Of a stretch of 64,000 nt of DNA, positions 36,626-47,594 are shown piece after piece. Position 1 is the stretch's first letter; every line of letters begins with the position of its first letter. The stretch spans positions 8,392,882 through 8,456,881 of the forward strand of contig CAJINV010000004.1 of assembly GCA_905178155.1 (NCBI GenBank), given 5' to 3'. The notes below the pieces were generated by a model, which was not told the origin of the DNA, made no database searches, and was given only the letters and a program-made list of their open reading frames with translations. This DNA is from Amoebophrya sp. A120 (Eukaryota; Protista; Dinoflagellata). The position numbers and the translations under genes are program-made.

Positions 36626-39600
36626 TCAAATTTGTGCCTTCGTGTGCAGTATGAGTTGCTCGAGCTGTGTGCAGCACTTCGCCAAGTTGATTTCGCCCAC
36701 GCCAGGAGCAGTACCTCCCTCGCTATAATTCTCGTGTTCCACTAAGTAGTGGTGCTTCACAAATTTTAACAGCAATAAATTGCTTTCCAGCTTCGCCGCT
36801 AGCTGGAACTTGTTCATGATCTCCGTGCCGGGTTTGATGTTGTTTGAGAACCCTGTCATCTGCTGCTGGTAACCACCACCGCCTCCTCCTCCGCCACTCT
36901 TGCTGTTGTTTCGACTCGAAGCGTTGTAGTGTACTATACCCGAGTTGCTATTTTTGCACAGATCCGTCGAGGCTTTCAGGGCGTACTTCGTCAACAGCTT
37001 TCCCGGGTGGTGACGCTGGAGGGAAAGCGACTCCAAATTTGGATACTTTTTCTGAAACAACTGGAGCGCTTTCTGCTTTGCTAGATCCGTGGTGTTGGTA
37101 CTAGTAGAGTCGCGGGGGGAGCAGGGGGAAATCAGCATGTTTCCATTTGGAGCAGATGATGCCAGACTGTGCTGGCTCCGTTCCTTCAGCTGCTCCAATA
37201 AGCTGCAGCACTCTACCAGACAGCACGCGCTCTCGGCGGGCTGGTGCGATTCCGCGTATTTCTCTGCCAAAAAGGCAAACTGCTCCGCGACGCGCCGTTG
37301 GTCCTGGAACGAGGGGAAAGAAGGTGGCGGGGCCATCGGGGCCACTCCTGCGGCTGGAGTCGAAGTTGGGAGTGTCAGTGGGGTCGCTGTACTAGTGGCT
37401 TGTTCTTCGTTGCATCGTGACGCATTTTTTGGTGCCGTCGTCAGTGCGGGCGGAACTTCTAGCTGGAAGTCAGTAACAGCAATCTTTGGTTCGCTTGGGG
37501 TATTACTTCCCTGTACAGGATCTGGTTTTACTTTGGCGGTTGTGCCGAGATCTACTGCTTCCTGGGGGCGCTGCAATGGTCCTCGCGATTCTACTCCTTC
37601 CATCATCCCAGGTGTAGTAGACCCGTGTCGCAGCTGCGCTGTGGACGATACTTCTTCGATAAGCGGCTTTTTTGGAGATGATGAGGAGGTTCTTTGATCC
37701 GACGTATTGAGCTCTACCACTCCTTGACCGGTTAGTTCCCGAGCAGGTTCCGGCTTCCCCCGGGGTTCCACGACCCTAGACGCAGGGGAGAAGATTTTCA
37801 ACTCCTCTGCAGTACTGTTAGAAGATGTAGTTCCACTCCCACCGTGGAGGTCAACATCTCCTGATTTCGTTTTCACGGGACTCGGCAACCGGATTTCGTC
37901 CAGGGGCGGCTGTACTGGTGGCGCACGACTGCTCTGCGTGTGGTCGTCGTGTTTAATCTTCGTGGAGGACTTTAGCTCCTCTATCTCTTCAGGATGAACT
38001 GAGGGCGCTGGTGGTGCTTCGTTTTTCTTTTTATCCTTCAGCCCCAAAGCTTCGGTTGTACTAGTAGTGGCAGGATCAGCAGCGGTGGCGAGTTTCTTCT
38101 CCGGAGTTGTTCCTGCAAGATGTTGTTGAAGAGCAGCCGCTTCTTCACCCCGCTCGAAGTTTTCTTTCTCCTGTTCCTGGCTGACCATGACAAACGACAG
38201 GTTTCCGATCCCACCACTTGTGATGTTTGAATTTTGTCCGTCAGAAGTATGCATTGCAAACCAAGCATCGTTTCAAAGTAGTCTGAATCAAGAACTGTAT
38301 TTGTAATGCGGTACCCGAGCGGTGTGCGAATGCATGCTGTCATGTAAAATCGCATCAAGATCGTCAATCTAAGTACTTGTACTTTTTCAATATAGTGCTT
38401 TCTACGATGCGCTTGTTGCATGGAATAGTTTCCGTTTTTCGAGGCGGAGCCTCCTTCTTCGTCATCTGCTTTCTCCACCCCGACGTACAATTTATGAATT
38501 GCAAAAGCATCGTACTAGGGTAGTATGAATTGCATTACAAATTTCCTCAGCATGAGAACTCGAGTTTGTAGTGCTGAATGACCTTAAGAAAAAGATTTGT
38601 AATGCGTAGCTGCAATTACTACGAGTACGATACTTTTGCACTGGATACAATTCTCCGTCGGACAATTCCTTGACGGAAAATTTGCACTCTTTCAAATCCT
38701 ATCAAATGCTAATATGTCTGGGTGTGGAAGAATGCAATTTGTGATGCTGTCTCTGCATTCTAAAAAAAAATCTGTATTGCATGACCAGCAAGAAGAGTTC
38801 ACTTTGTCCCACATGGAGACGGTATTTCTCATGCGGAAGAGGCATCAGGAAGCCCTCTAAAAATCTGTGATGCTAGGTTATGCATTACAGCCGTCATGGG
38901 TCATGTAAAGTTTGCATGACAAGTCTTGCATTCTTCCAGACGCGGACATTTTTGCATTTGATAAATCCAAGTCCCCCGCGACGTACTCGTGGTGCATGAA
39001 CGCGTTGGCCGGCAGTCGCTTCGCGGGATCCTTTTCCAGCAAGAGCGACAAAAATTTCTTCCCGTTGTCGCTCAATCTGCAGCTTTCCGGGAACGCGGGC
39101 CCGTTCGCCTGCTCGATGTTGGCCAGGAGCTGCATCGGAGTATGGATTTGCAAAAAATTCTTGCTTTATTCTTGTTCCGTACTTTACACGACGACGACGA
39201 CACGTAGCCATGAGATTCAAGTTGCATCACAAAATGTTGATTTTCCAGCTGTGTTCATCTTGATCTTGTACGGTGCAAATATAAGAATTTTTCGCTTCTG
39301 ATACGGATTCGGCCCCGTGAAAGGCGTTTTCCCGACGAAGCACTCGAAAAGAATGGCGCCGACCGACCACAGGTCCGCCCGGGAGTCGTACTTTTGGTGT
39401 TGCAAAATTTCCGGCGCCATGTACAGTGGCGAACCGCACACCGTCGCCGCCATGTCCTGGGGAAGCAACGCGCGGGAGAAGCCAAAATCCGCGATCCGCA
39501 GCACCGGGTTGTTTTCGCTGTCTTGGATGAGCAAGATGTTCTGCGGCTTCAAATCCCGGTGGATCACGTTGTGTCGGTGTAAAACGTTCAGACCCGAGGC

Positions 39601-42600
39601 GAGCTGGCGGAGAAACAACCGCCCCAGCGACTCGGAGATCGATCCACCGTGGGTGGCGATGTAGGAGGAAAGGTCGCTATCCCACGAAAAAACTGTTTCA
39701 CTGTGATGGTTTTGCAAGATCTGCATCACAAGTTTGTTACACATGACACAGAAAATTTGCCATGCGCGTTTCCCAAGGGAAAACACGCTTAAAAATCCAT
39801 TATGTTGCAGGTGTAGCAAGACAAACACTTTGGTGTTTCGTTCTCTGCATCACAGGTTCGCAGTGAAACAGTTTTTTCTTGCGATAGTCGCCGCCGTTGC
39901 AGTACTCGAGGATGAGGTAGAAGTGGCTCGTATCCTGAGTAAAAATGTCCCCACACCAGAGTCAAGATGGGAAATCCGCTAGACAAATCCATAAGCTTTG
40001 GCTGTTTCGCATGACAAATTTGGACGCGTAGTGTAGTGCTGTTTGAGCTAGCTAAGCAGCATTACAGATCTAGTATCTCATGCTGATTGGCGCATGACAT
40101 CGGTGGTCTACGGGCAGGCTGTCCCGGTGGCGCTTTGGCCAATCGTACAGAGAAAAAACAAAAAATACAAGTTAGGTAGGAATACATTTGAAGGTTATGA
40201 ATGAAGTCAAAAGTCGTAGAGACAGTATTAAAGTAGTTCCTACGGGCATGGTCACGATTGGGCAACAGAGGGTAGAGTCACGATTGGGCAACAGAGGGTA
40301 GAGCAACGAATTGTTACGCATCTATCCGCTGGTCAAGTACGAGGAAAACGAGAGCAGCATCGAAGAAGAGAAAGGCGCGCAAGCAGGGCAGCCCAGCAGC
40401 AGCAAAAATATCAAGACAAGAAGCAGACTACCGCCACCCGGGGTCCTACCCGACCGAGAACTGTACTGGTATGGGCCAACATACCATAAAAGGTACAGAA
40501 GAAGGGTAGGTGCTCGCGTAAAGAGAAAGATGACCAAACCTACAGCGCCCGAGGGTGCATGCTCACCACTGTAGGATAATCTCTTTACCGTCTGCCAGCA
40601 GACAAGCCACTGAAAAACAAGGCAGAGCAAAGTAAACAACCAGGTTGGAGCCAGCAGGCCAACCGCAACAAGACCGCGAAGCAAGAGATTGGAACCCGCA
40701 GGTCAATCAGAGCGAAGCGACAAAGGGCAGGCGTAGCGGCCAGAGCAAGCATAACGAGAAAAAATATCTACTACCGTTGGTAGGTCGTGCAGCGAGAGTA
40801 TTTCAACGAAGTTTTTCAGAGGATAGTTTGACGTAGTTCAACGCATTCACACGAAAGACGTACCGAGTGATAGCGTGCACTTCTCATCACGAGATCGTAG
40901 AACTATTCATTGAGTGTTTACTTTTTTTCTTGCAACGACTACTACAAATTATACCTCTATAAGTTCAACTCCATACTTTTGTACTACACTACTGCGCGCT
41001 TTCAGTCACGAGAAGCTTTTTGCTTGTACGCATCTCGGTCACAGACGAAGTGTATAAAGACCGAGACCCGAAGCAAACCATAGATTCATCATTGTGCGCT
41101 AATTTTTTAAAAAAATATGTAGTCTTGCGTAGTTCTAAGTTCCTGGTGATGTTTGGAAAAGAACATGATTGCACGTACACGATACCTCGCGTGTACATAA
41201 AGACCGTTTTCTTACCTGCCCTGGAGAATAGAGATCATAGATTTTTGAACTTTGGGCCGCAAGCCAAAAAGGGCTCCGTCAAGAACGACAGTGGAGACCC
41301 AAGCGCAGCAGGAAACCTTGCTTTGTTGGGGACATGAGGGAAGGAGGAGACGGAGAGAAAAAGCAGGACCAGCAAAAGCAGAGCAAGAGTAAGATGCCGG
41401 GGACACGAGGAGAAGAAGCGAAGCCAGCACCAGAGGAACCAAAGACCTACAACCGTCATGGCATCCGCGAAACAGAACAACGGGCCGAAGGAAAGGACCC
41501 TCAGCCCCGCCACCCGCGGAGGGAGAACGGGACCCACAAACAACCCGGCCCCCCACGAAGCCCGAAAGGCCGAGGTGAAAAAGGGTACCTCCCGGGAGGG
41601 GACCCGGGAAACACGCAAGAGACGAAGCCGAGCGACCGCCGCCGAAGGAGAACCACCCGAGGAAGGTAGAAACCTACAACCGTCGGAGCACGGAAAAGAA
41701 GCGGTGTTGGGGACCAAACCCAGATGAGTCACGGGGCGCGTGCCCAGGCGACACATCCGACAGTGAAGGCCCAGTCGGGTAAAAAACCGAAACCCGCCAG
41801 CCACACCACCGGGACGAACATGCGTAGAGACCTACCGTAGAACCGCTAGGAACGGCAACGCAGAAAGGCCCGCCGTAGAACCGCTATGAACGGCAACGCA
41901 GAAAGACCCGTCAGTGACCTAAGGGCCAGCGGAGATGGTACCCCAAAGAAAACCACCGGTGACCAAAGGGCCAGCGGAGATGGTACCCCAAAGAAAACCG
42001 CCGGGCGCGAACATTCTGACTTTAGAATGAAAATTCTCATGCTCTGATCTCTATTGTCTCTTGTCGTTGTTCTTCTTCGTTGTTTTACGTCGTTGTTCCT
42101 CGTCGTTGTTCGGTTCTCCAAAAAATTGTACAGATGACTGTTTTTCGCGGTTCATTATCTTGTTCATTATCTTGTTCGTTAATTTGTTCATTCTTTGCGC
42201 CTTGTGTCACCAGGTTGGTATTCTTGTTCGTGTCGGTTAGTAGTGGTAGGAGGAGGACTATGGGCAGCACGGTGTAATTCTTTGGCTCTAGTACCAGTCT
42301 GGTTGCCGGTACGAGGATGGTCGCGGGCAGCTGAACGGGCCCAGTAGTCCATCTAGTTCCATCTGCAGCACCTCGGCATTTGCTCGATCAACGGAGTCTT
42401 CCATAGCCCATCCGTATCCGGGCACGAAGTGCCAGCGGATGGAAAACTCCCAGTAGTCGCGTGTTGTGTCCCAGGGTGAAGCTGGGGAGCCAGTGGAGTT
42501 GCTGGTAGACATGGACTCAGTTTCCGGACGTGACGACGAAGGAGCAGAAAATGAGGAGGGTGCGGAACTTGCTATTCGCTGCGTGGGGTCGTCCGTAGAG

Positions 42601-44676
42601 TTCGCGCGCGTCAGCAGCAATCGCTCGATTTGGAATATTGTAGATTCCTGGGTAAGTCCGAGATCGTATGAAGGTGTTTCAGGGAGCTGGACGAACGGAT
42701 TAGCCGGCATATGGTTCTGCTCCGTGCACGCCTGGACCGATGTCGTCCAGCTTCCCTCTTCACCACACGGTGGCGCGTCATCTTGGACCTGGAGCGGGCT
42801 GTCTTGTGGGGAATCGAAGCACAGACGTACCCGCTGCAGCGGGCTACTGTTCTCGTCTGACATCGTCAGTGCTGTTCTACTGTCCTCGGCGTCTAGATGT
42901 GTGGGTAGGCACTTTGGTAGGCCTTGTCAGGAGGGGTGTCAGATTCGTGCGCAGAACTACCGCCGTCTTCCCGGCTATCTACGTCGAGCTCCACTCCCCT
43001 CGTAGCGCTGCTCACGTCACGATCGCACTACTTCGAAGCGAAACTTGTGGGATAGGCCCTCGCCAGGTCTACTTCTACTTGACTGCGTTGCGACTTGCAC
43101 TGCCTGAGAAGATAAAGGATAAACAAACCCGAGCAATAGCAAGCTTTCCATAAAAGTTCGGGCGTCTTATATCTTAATTGAAAAGGCTGAAAACCAGTAT
43201 AGCTCCGCGTCATACACTAACAGCCCCTTCCCTTTATACCAGGCCTCGAGTCCGTCGGGGGTCGTCACTGTCTCTCGTGGCGTCTTACTGTTTTTTATTT
43301 TTTTTTTTTTTTAGAAAAACCACTGCAACAGCAGTGCGCGCCTACAGTGCTAGTCCCGCGGAAGATCTTAGTCTAGCTGGTGCTTTTGATGCTGCATAAA
43401 GAACGAAGGAAGAGCCTTTGCTCAGCTGTTGCTAAAATGTGGCTAAACCGAGGAAGTCGAGTTCAAAGAAAAGCTCTGCGCGACAAAATACTAGATAGAT
43501 ACGAGAAGACAGTCACGAAGTTAACAAAATGAAGTCGAAAATTGAAAAGGGAAGAAAATGAAAGCTACTATAATCTACTACTTTAAATTGTTTATTGAGC
43601 AAGCACACTCCCGTGCTGTTTCCTGTAAATGTTTTCGTTTTATTGGAATGCTTGATGTAAACTGGCGAGGTCTACCTACTACACACAATGCAGCCACTCT
43701 TGCAGTGTCTGCGGGCTGCTGGGTCTGGAGTGGATGGGTGGAGTGAAGCTGTTACTGCGTGGTCGGCGGTAAGCTGTAGGGAGCCTCTGTACTCGCTGCA
43801 GGGTGGGAGTCCAAAATCGGAAGAAGCTTTCTAGCTGGTCCTCCCTCGCCTCGATCTCAGCAATTGTCTTAGCCGGGACCATCAGCATGGGGCTGATATC
43901 AAGGAACGGGTTGGGCTGGGGCATGTGGAGCCACGCCTCCGTCTCATTTTGCTTCTCCCGCTGTAGTCGCTCACACTTCAATCTGCGTCGCTGCGGTGTG
44001 GTCGCAGGTGTGCGGGGAGTAAAGATTTCACGCGCAGGGTCGCGATGCATCTTACGGAACTGTCGGCCCCACGACTTCATGACAGATTTCCAAACCGCAT
44101 TAGAAAATGCTTCTCATGGGGCTCCGCATGAGAAACATTTTAAGCATGCAGAGTAGCATGACAACTATGGTGTGGGTACGTTTTTACACAGGATAGCTCG
44201 CGGATTTTTTCAAATCCCGGAACCGAACAATGTGGGGGGATTGGAGCTTTTTCAACACCGCCACCTCCTGCTTCAGCTGCGCGGTCTCTTGCACGGTCTG
44301 CCGGGAAATTACTTTCACCGCAACTAATTCCCCAGTTTGCTCCACGCGGCCCTTCCAAACTTCCGCAAAGCTGCCCTTCCCGATCTTTTTGTCGAGGATG
44401 TAACCGCCAGCCATGACAATGCACAACTCCCCCTTCCCCTCGTTTGTCATGCAAAATACCAAGTCCCCCCTTTTCATTTCTCTTTGGCACATCTTGCATT
44501 ACAGATTTCGGAAGCCGAAACAGCACTAGACTGGGTCGCGAGTAGTTTGTCATGCAAAGCTGCATTTTTACCAGCACTTGCGTTGCTGTTTATGCCATTC
44601 AAATGAGGGGGGAGGGGGAGATGTGCACTCTCATACCAACCTGCTTCTTGCTCGAGGTTGTCGTGGAGGAAGACAT
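36626..44676 (-). CDS. ATG1: ATG1/ULK-family Ser/Thr kinase, 8 exons separated by 7 introners; 3' end may extend further
   Basis: Reconstructed MSSSTTTSSKKQVGGYILDKKIGKGSFAEVWK...AVK...KKSAS|HFYLILEYCNGGD|LSSY...HRDLKPQN...DFGFSR...CGSPLYMAPE...KYDSRADLWSVG...GPNP|MQLL. Confidence 0.85.
38248..38427. mobile_element. Degenerate short introner family F
   Basis: TATGCATTGCAAACCAAGCATCG...CGATGCGCTTGTTGCATGGAATA; TSD lost; frame restored. Confidence 0.6.
38493..38647. mobile_element. Short introner family F (155 bp)
   Basis: TIR containing TGCAAAAG(C/T)ATCGTACT; perfect TSD caatt. Confidence 0.85.
38700..38963. mobile_element. Introner family A (264 bp)
   Basis: Perfect TSD aatcc. Confidence 0.9.
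39141..39303. mobile_element. Short introner (163 bp)
   Basis: TIR containing GC(A/G)AAAAATTCTT; flanks cggag/cggat; splits the kinase C-lobe. Confidence 0.85.
39678..39886. mobile_element. Introner family B (209 bp)
   Basis: TIR TATC(C/G)CA(C/A)GAAAAAACTGTTTCACTG; perfect TSD gtcgc. Confidence 0.92.
40100..44077. mobile_element. Unclassified 3978-bp insertion flanked by a 7-bp direct repeat CATGACA
   Basis: CATGACA at 40093-40099 and 44078-44084; absent from the intact family copy; contains short tandem repeats, a T-tract and small ORFs. Confidence 0.8.
42288..42863 (-). CDS. Putative 191-aa cargo ORF of the nested insertion
   Basis: ATG-started ORF; no recognisable domain. Confidence 0.35.
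   Translation of the reverse strand: MSDENSSPLQRVRLCFDSPQDSPLQVQDDAPPCGEEGSWTTSVQACTEQNHMPANPFVQLPETPSYDLGLTQESTIFQIERLLLTRANSTDDPTQRIASSAPSSFSAPSSSRPETESMSTSNSTGSPASPWDTTRDYWEFSIRWHFVPGYGWAMEDSVDRANAEVLQMELDGLLGPFSCPRPSSYRQPDWY
44412..44635. mobile_element. Introner family G (224 bp)
   Basis: TIR (C/T)ATGA(C/G)A(A/G)TGCACA(A/T)CTCCCC; flanks ccagc/ccaac. Confidence 0.85.
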
Positions 44677-45288
44677 CTTGACTTTCGCTCGTCAGGTGTA
44701 TGTATGCTCGTTCTTGCAAAACTTCAACCCTCACGGACTATGTGATGCCATGAAAATAAGAACAACGGTTTCGCTCGATGAGGAGGCGCATATTAAAACG
44801 GATACGAGTATAACGGGGCGGTTTGATACCGTGGGAACTGTGTATTAAACATTTAGAAGATCCGATTGACAGATTTGACGAAAGAGTGCAGCACAGTCAG
44901 CAGTCGGTAGTAGACCAGGCGTAATTCCAAACAAAAGCAAAATGAGTGCCTAGCATTGGCAAAGCTTAGGCTAGAGGAAGCTTCGTCGCTTGTCGTCCTG
45001 ATACCTTTTGTTATATCAGGTGCTATAACGATACGAACGTGAACATCAAAAAAAAAAAAAATGCTCAGAAGGTCAGACCCGTTGCGGAGGCGCGTGCGTC
45101 GCAACATGGTCGGTGAAGTTCAACAAATGGGGAAAATTTCAGTACGGCTACCACATATGAATACCTCAATGGTTTGTCCCACTACGTTTGATGCTGCTGG
45201 TATTCAAGTCGTCGGATATAATCACATACGACTACTTCATGCTCACTTGAAGTTTCCAGAAGTGAATTCCAGGATTATCAGTCTTGCA

Positions 45289-46845
45289 CTACAGAATCGT
45301 CATCTTAATTGTGATATCATTTATCGACCCTCCGTTAAATCGGTGCTCTGCCTCAGCTGCGTCCTTCTTGTCGTCGAAAACTATCCACGCAATCAGCCGA
45401 GACCCGTCGTCGGCGATGGCCAGCGTCGTGATGGGTCCAACCTCACTAAATACTTTTTTCAGCTCTTCTTCTGCTATGTTGGGGGGAACGCGCTCGAAGC
45501 AGATCATCCTGTTCTGGCCAGTGTACTGCTGAACGGCGGGCGGAGGTGGTGGGCACGCAGCAGGAGGATAGGCATGCGCCTTGCCTTTTGCAAAATCCTT
45601 TCCGTTCCACTTTCCCTGTTCCTTTGGTCCACCGGCGTAGGCATGAAACTTCCATCCCTTTTCGTATTTAGCAAAAGCACCAGGTGGCGGAAACTTGCCG
45701 CAGCCCTTACCTTTCTTGAAACCTTTATCGAAACTGAACGCCGACGCTTCAGCCAGCTTTCTTTCAGCCGCTTCGGCCCGTTCTTGCATCGCACACAGGT
45801 CGCTTTGAAACTGTACACGCTCCTTCTGCTGCCTCACTTCCTGCAACTCCGCTTCTAGTGCGCGCGCCTCCTTGTCATGTGCGTCAAGCATCCTTCGCGT
45901 CTCTGCGTCCTCCTCAAGTTCGGACAGAACTACTTTTTCCTTTAAAACAACGACCTTCTCCTGGAGGCGGTCGTTCTCCTTTTGCAGCTTCTCAACCTTT
46001 CTCCGACTTTCCTGCCTAGCTTGTTTTTCCGCCTCGACCTCTTCCCGCAAATCCTTGTTTTCTCGCCTCAGCTTCCTTTTCTCCGCTCGCACCTCAGCTA
46101 GTGAACGTTCTGCGGCTTTCACGCACTCTCGCAGCTTCTCGATTTCATCTTCTTCTGGCACGACCGCTGATTCTTGCTCCACCGAGGGCAGCACACTAGA
46201 CGAAGTCGCAGAACCGGTTGCAGGTGCGCTGCCAAATAACTGGAGCAGCGATTCTTGGATGGCGTCCTGCGGTTCACCTTCATCTTCGGTGACCGATTCT
46301 CCTTGCGCAGCTTGTTTTCCGGATCCGTCTCCGTGCTTCTCCTTCAACAGCGTGACGCACTCATCCCCGCCACCATCTTCGTCGGCTCCGTTGGTCTTTT
46401 CTACCGGATGAACTTCCGTCCCGCCAGCGGAAGCAGACATGCCAGCACTTTGCAAACCATCCCAGGCGGTTTCCAGCGGAACTTCCTGATACCAGGTGTA
46501 GTCCGATCCGTATACGGTGTCTGGATGCCCGACAAAAGCGTGCTCAGATTGCCCCAACTGCGTAAATGAGCCCGCCGACTGGTAGTTGCCGGCGTAACTG
46601 GGCCCAGCGGATGCAGTGTTCGGGAGGGTCACGTGGTAATGAGCATTGCACTGCAGTACGTAATGCACCTGCTGTGTTGCAGTTGAAAATTGTGGTTGTG
46701 GTGCAGTTCCGCTCATTTGCGCATGGTCCTGCTCATTTTTCAAGTCGCGGTTGCGCAGCTGCTGCGCAGTCTCCACCAAGTTCACATCAGAGGCGTCGTA
46801 GGGAGAAAAAAAGTTCGCGCTCCGCTTCTGCTGCTCATCAACCAT
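45289..46845 (-). CDS. 518-aa coiled-coil protein with C-terminal RRM-like domain, intronless
   Basis: Long ORF; C-terminus ICFERVPPNIAEEELKKVFSEVGPI...AWIVFDDKKDAAEAEHRFNG fits the RRM pattern. Confidence 0.8.
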   Translation of the reverse strand: MVDEQQKRSANFFSPYDASDVNLVETAQQLRNRDLKNEQDHAQMSGTAPQPQFSTATQQVHYVLQCNAHYHVTLPNTASAGPSYAGNYQSAGSFTQLGQSEHAFVGHPDTVYGSDYTWYQEVPLETAWDGLQSAGMSASAGGTEVHPVEKTNGADEDGGGDECVTLLKEKHGDGSGKQAAQGESVTEDEGEPQDAIQESLLQLFGSAPATGSATSSSVLPSVEQESAVVPEEDEIEKLRECVKAAERSLAEVRAEKRKLRRENKDLREEVEAEKQARQESRRKVEKLQKENDRLQEKVVVLKEKVVLSELEEDAETRRMLDAHDKEARALEAELQEVRQQKERVQFQSDLCAMQERAEAAERKLAEASAFSFDKGFKKGKGCGKFPPPGAFAKYEKGWKFHAYAGGPKEQGKWNGKDFAKGKAHAYPPAACPPPPPAVQQYTGQNRMICFERVPPNIAEEELKKVFSEVGPITTLAIADDGSRLIAWIVFDDKKDAAEAEHRFNGGSINDITIKMTIL

Positions 46846-47594
46846 TTTCGCTGAATTTTTCTTTTTTCAACTTTATAATTGTGACCAAGTCATGGGAGGT
46901 TTTTGCGTTAGAATCACATCAACAACGTCGATTTTATGATAACATAAGGAAAAACAACAGCACAGTTCGTCATCGTTTGACTCAACATCGGCGCATTCAC
47001 TCTTGAAGCTTGCAGCTTCAGTTGTAGAAAATTTTCGTTGGTGTACTGCCACTTAAAGAAAATTCATCCGTGCTCAGAAACCGGACTACAACAAGCAATT
47101 ACAGCCCAGAAGGAGAAGCAGCCTCTGCAGGTGAGAGGAGTGGGGAGCAGAAGTGGAATGGAAGACCGCGCTCTCCACCTTCGCTTCTTTCACTCGGTCA
47201 ATAAATTTGCTTCCTTTCCAGCACGGCGAAGCTTATACTCTCGAACAGAACTGCTACAGCCGCCTATTCATTGGCTGAAAGAAAAAGAATCGAAAGCAAG
47301 GACGCACAATGGTCTTTCTCCTGCTGGCTTTTTTTGCTTTTTTTTGTACTAGGCGCGCATCAATGGTGAGTGTCGTGAACAACAAAAGCTTTGTATTTTC
47401 TCGTATTCCAGCGGATAAAGAACTGTATCTATGTGGCTGCGTCAAGCGGTAAAAATAAACACAGCGGATTTTTTAATAAAATCGTGCTTTTGCGCGGTAA
47501 AATAAAATCGTGCTTTTGCGCGGTAAAGCTCTTTTGCTAATGCCGGTATCTTGTTCGATTTTGCACATCCTACTTCTCAACTGGCTCCAAACTA

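Larger units (their letters stand above)
39931..44195. mobile_element. Introner family C expanded to 4265 bp by a nested insertion
   Basis: The two halves match intact copy 58153-58435 (reverse complement); perfect TSD gctcg. Confidence 0.9.

Noticed and set aside
40100-44077. Insert as a circularly permuted gene or autonomous retroelement
   Set aside because: Joining the ends at CATGACA gives no long ORF in the three minus frames; no RT, integrase or recombinase motifs; the T-tract is internal.
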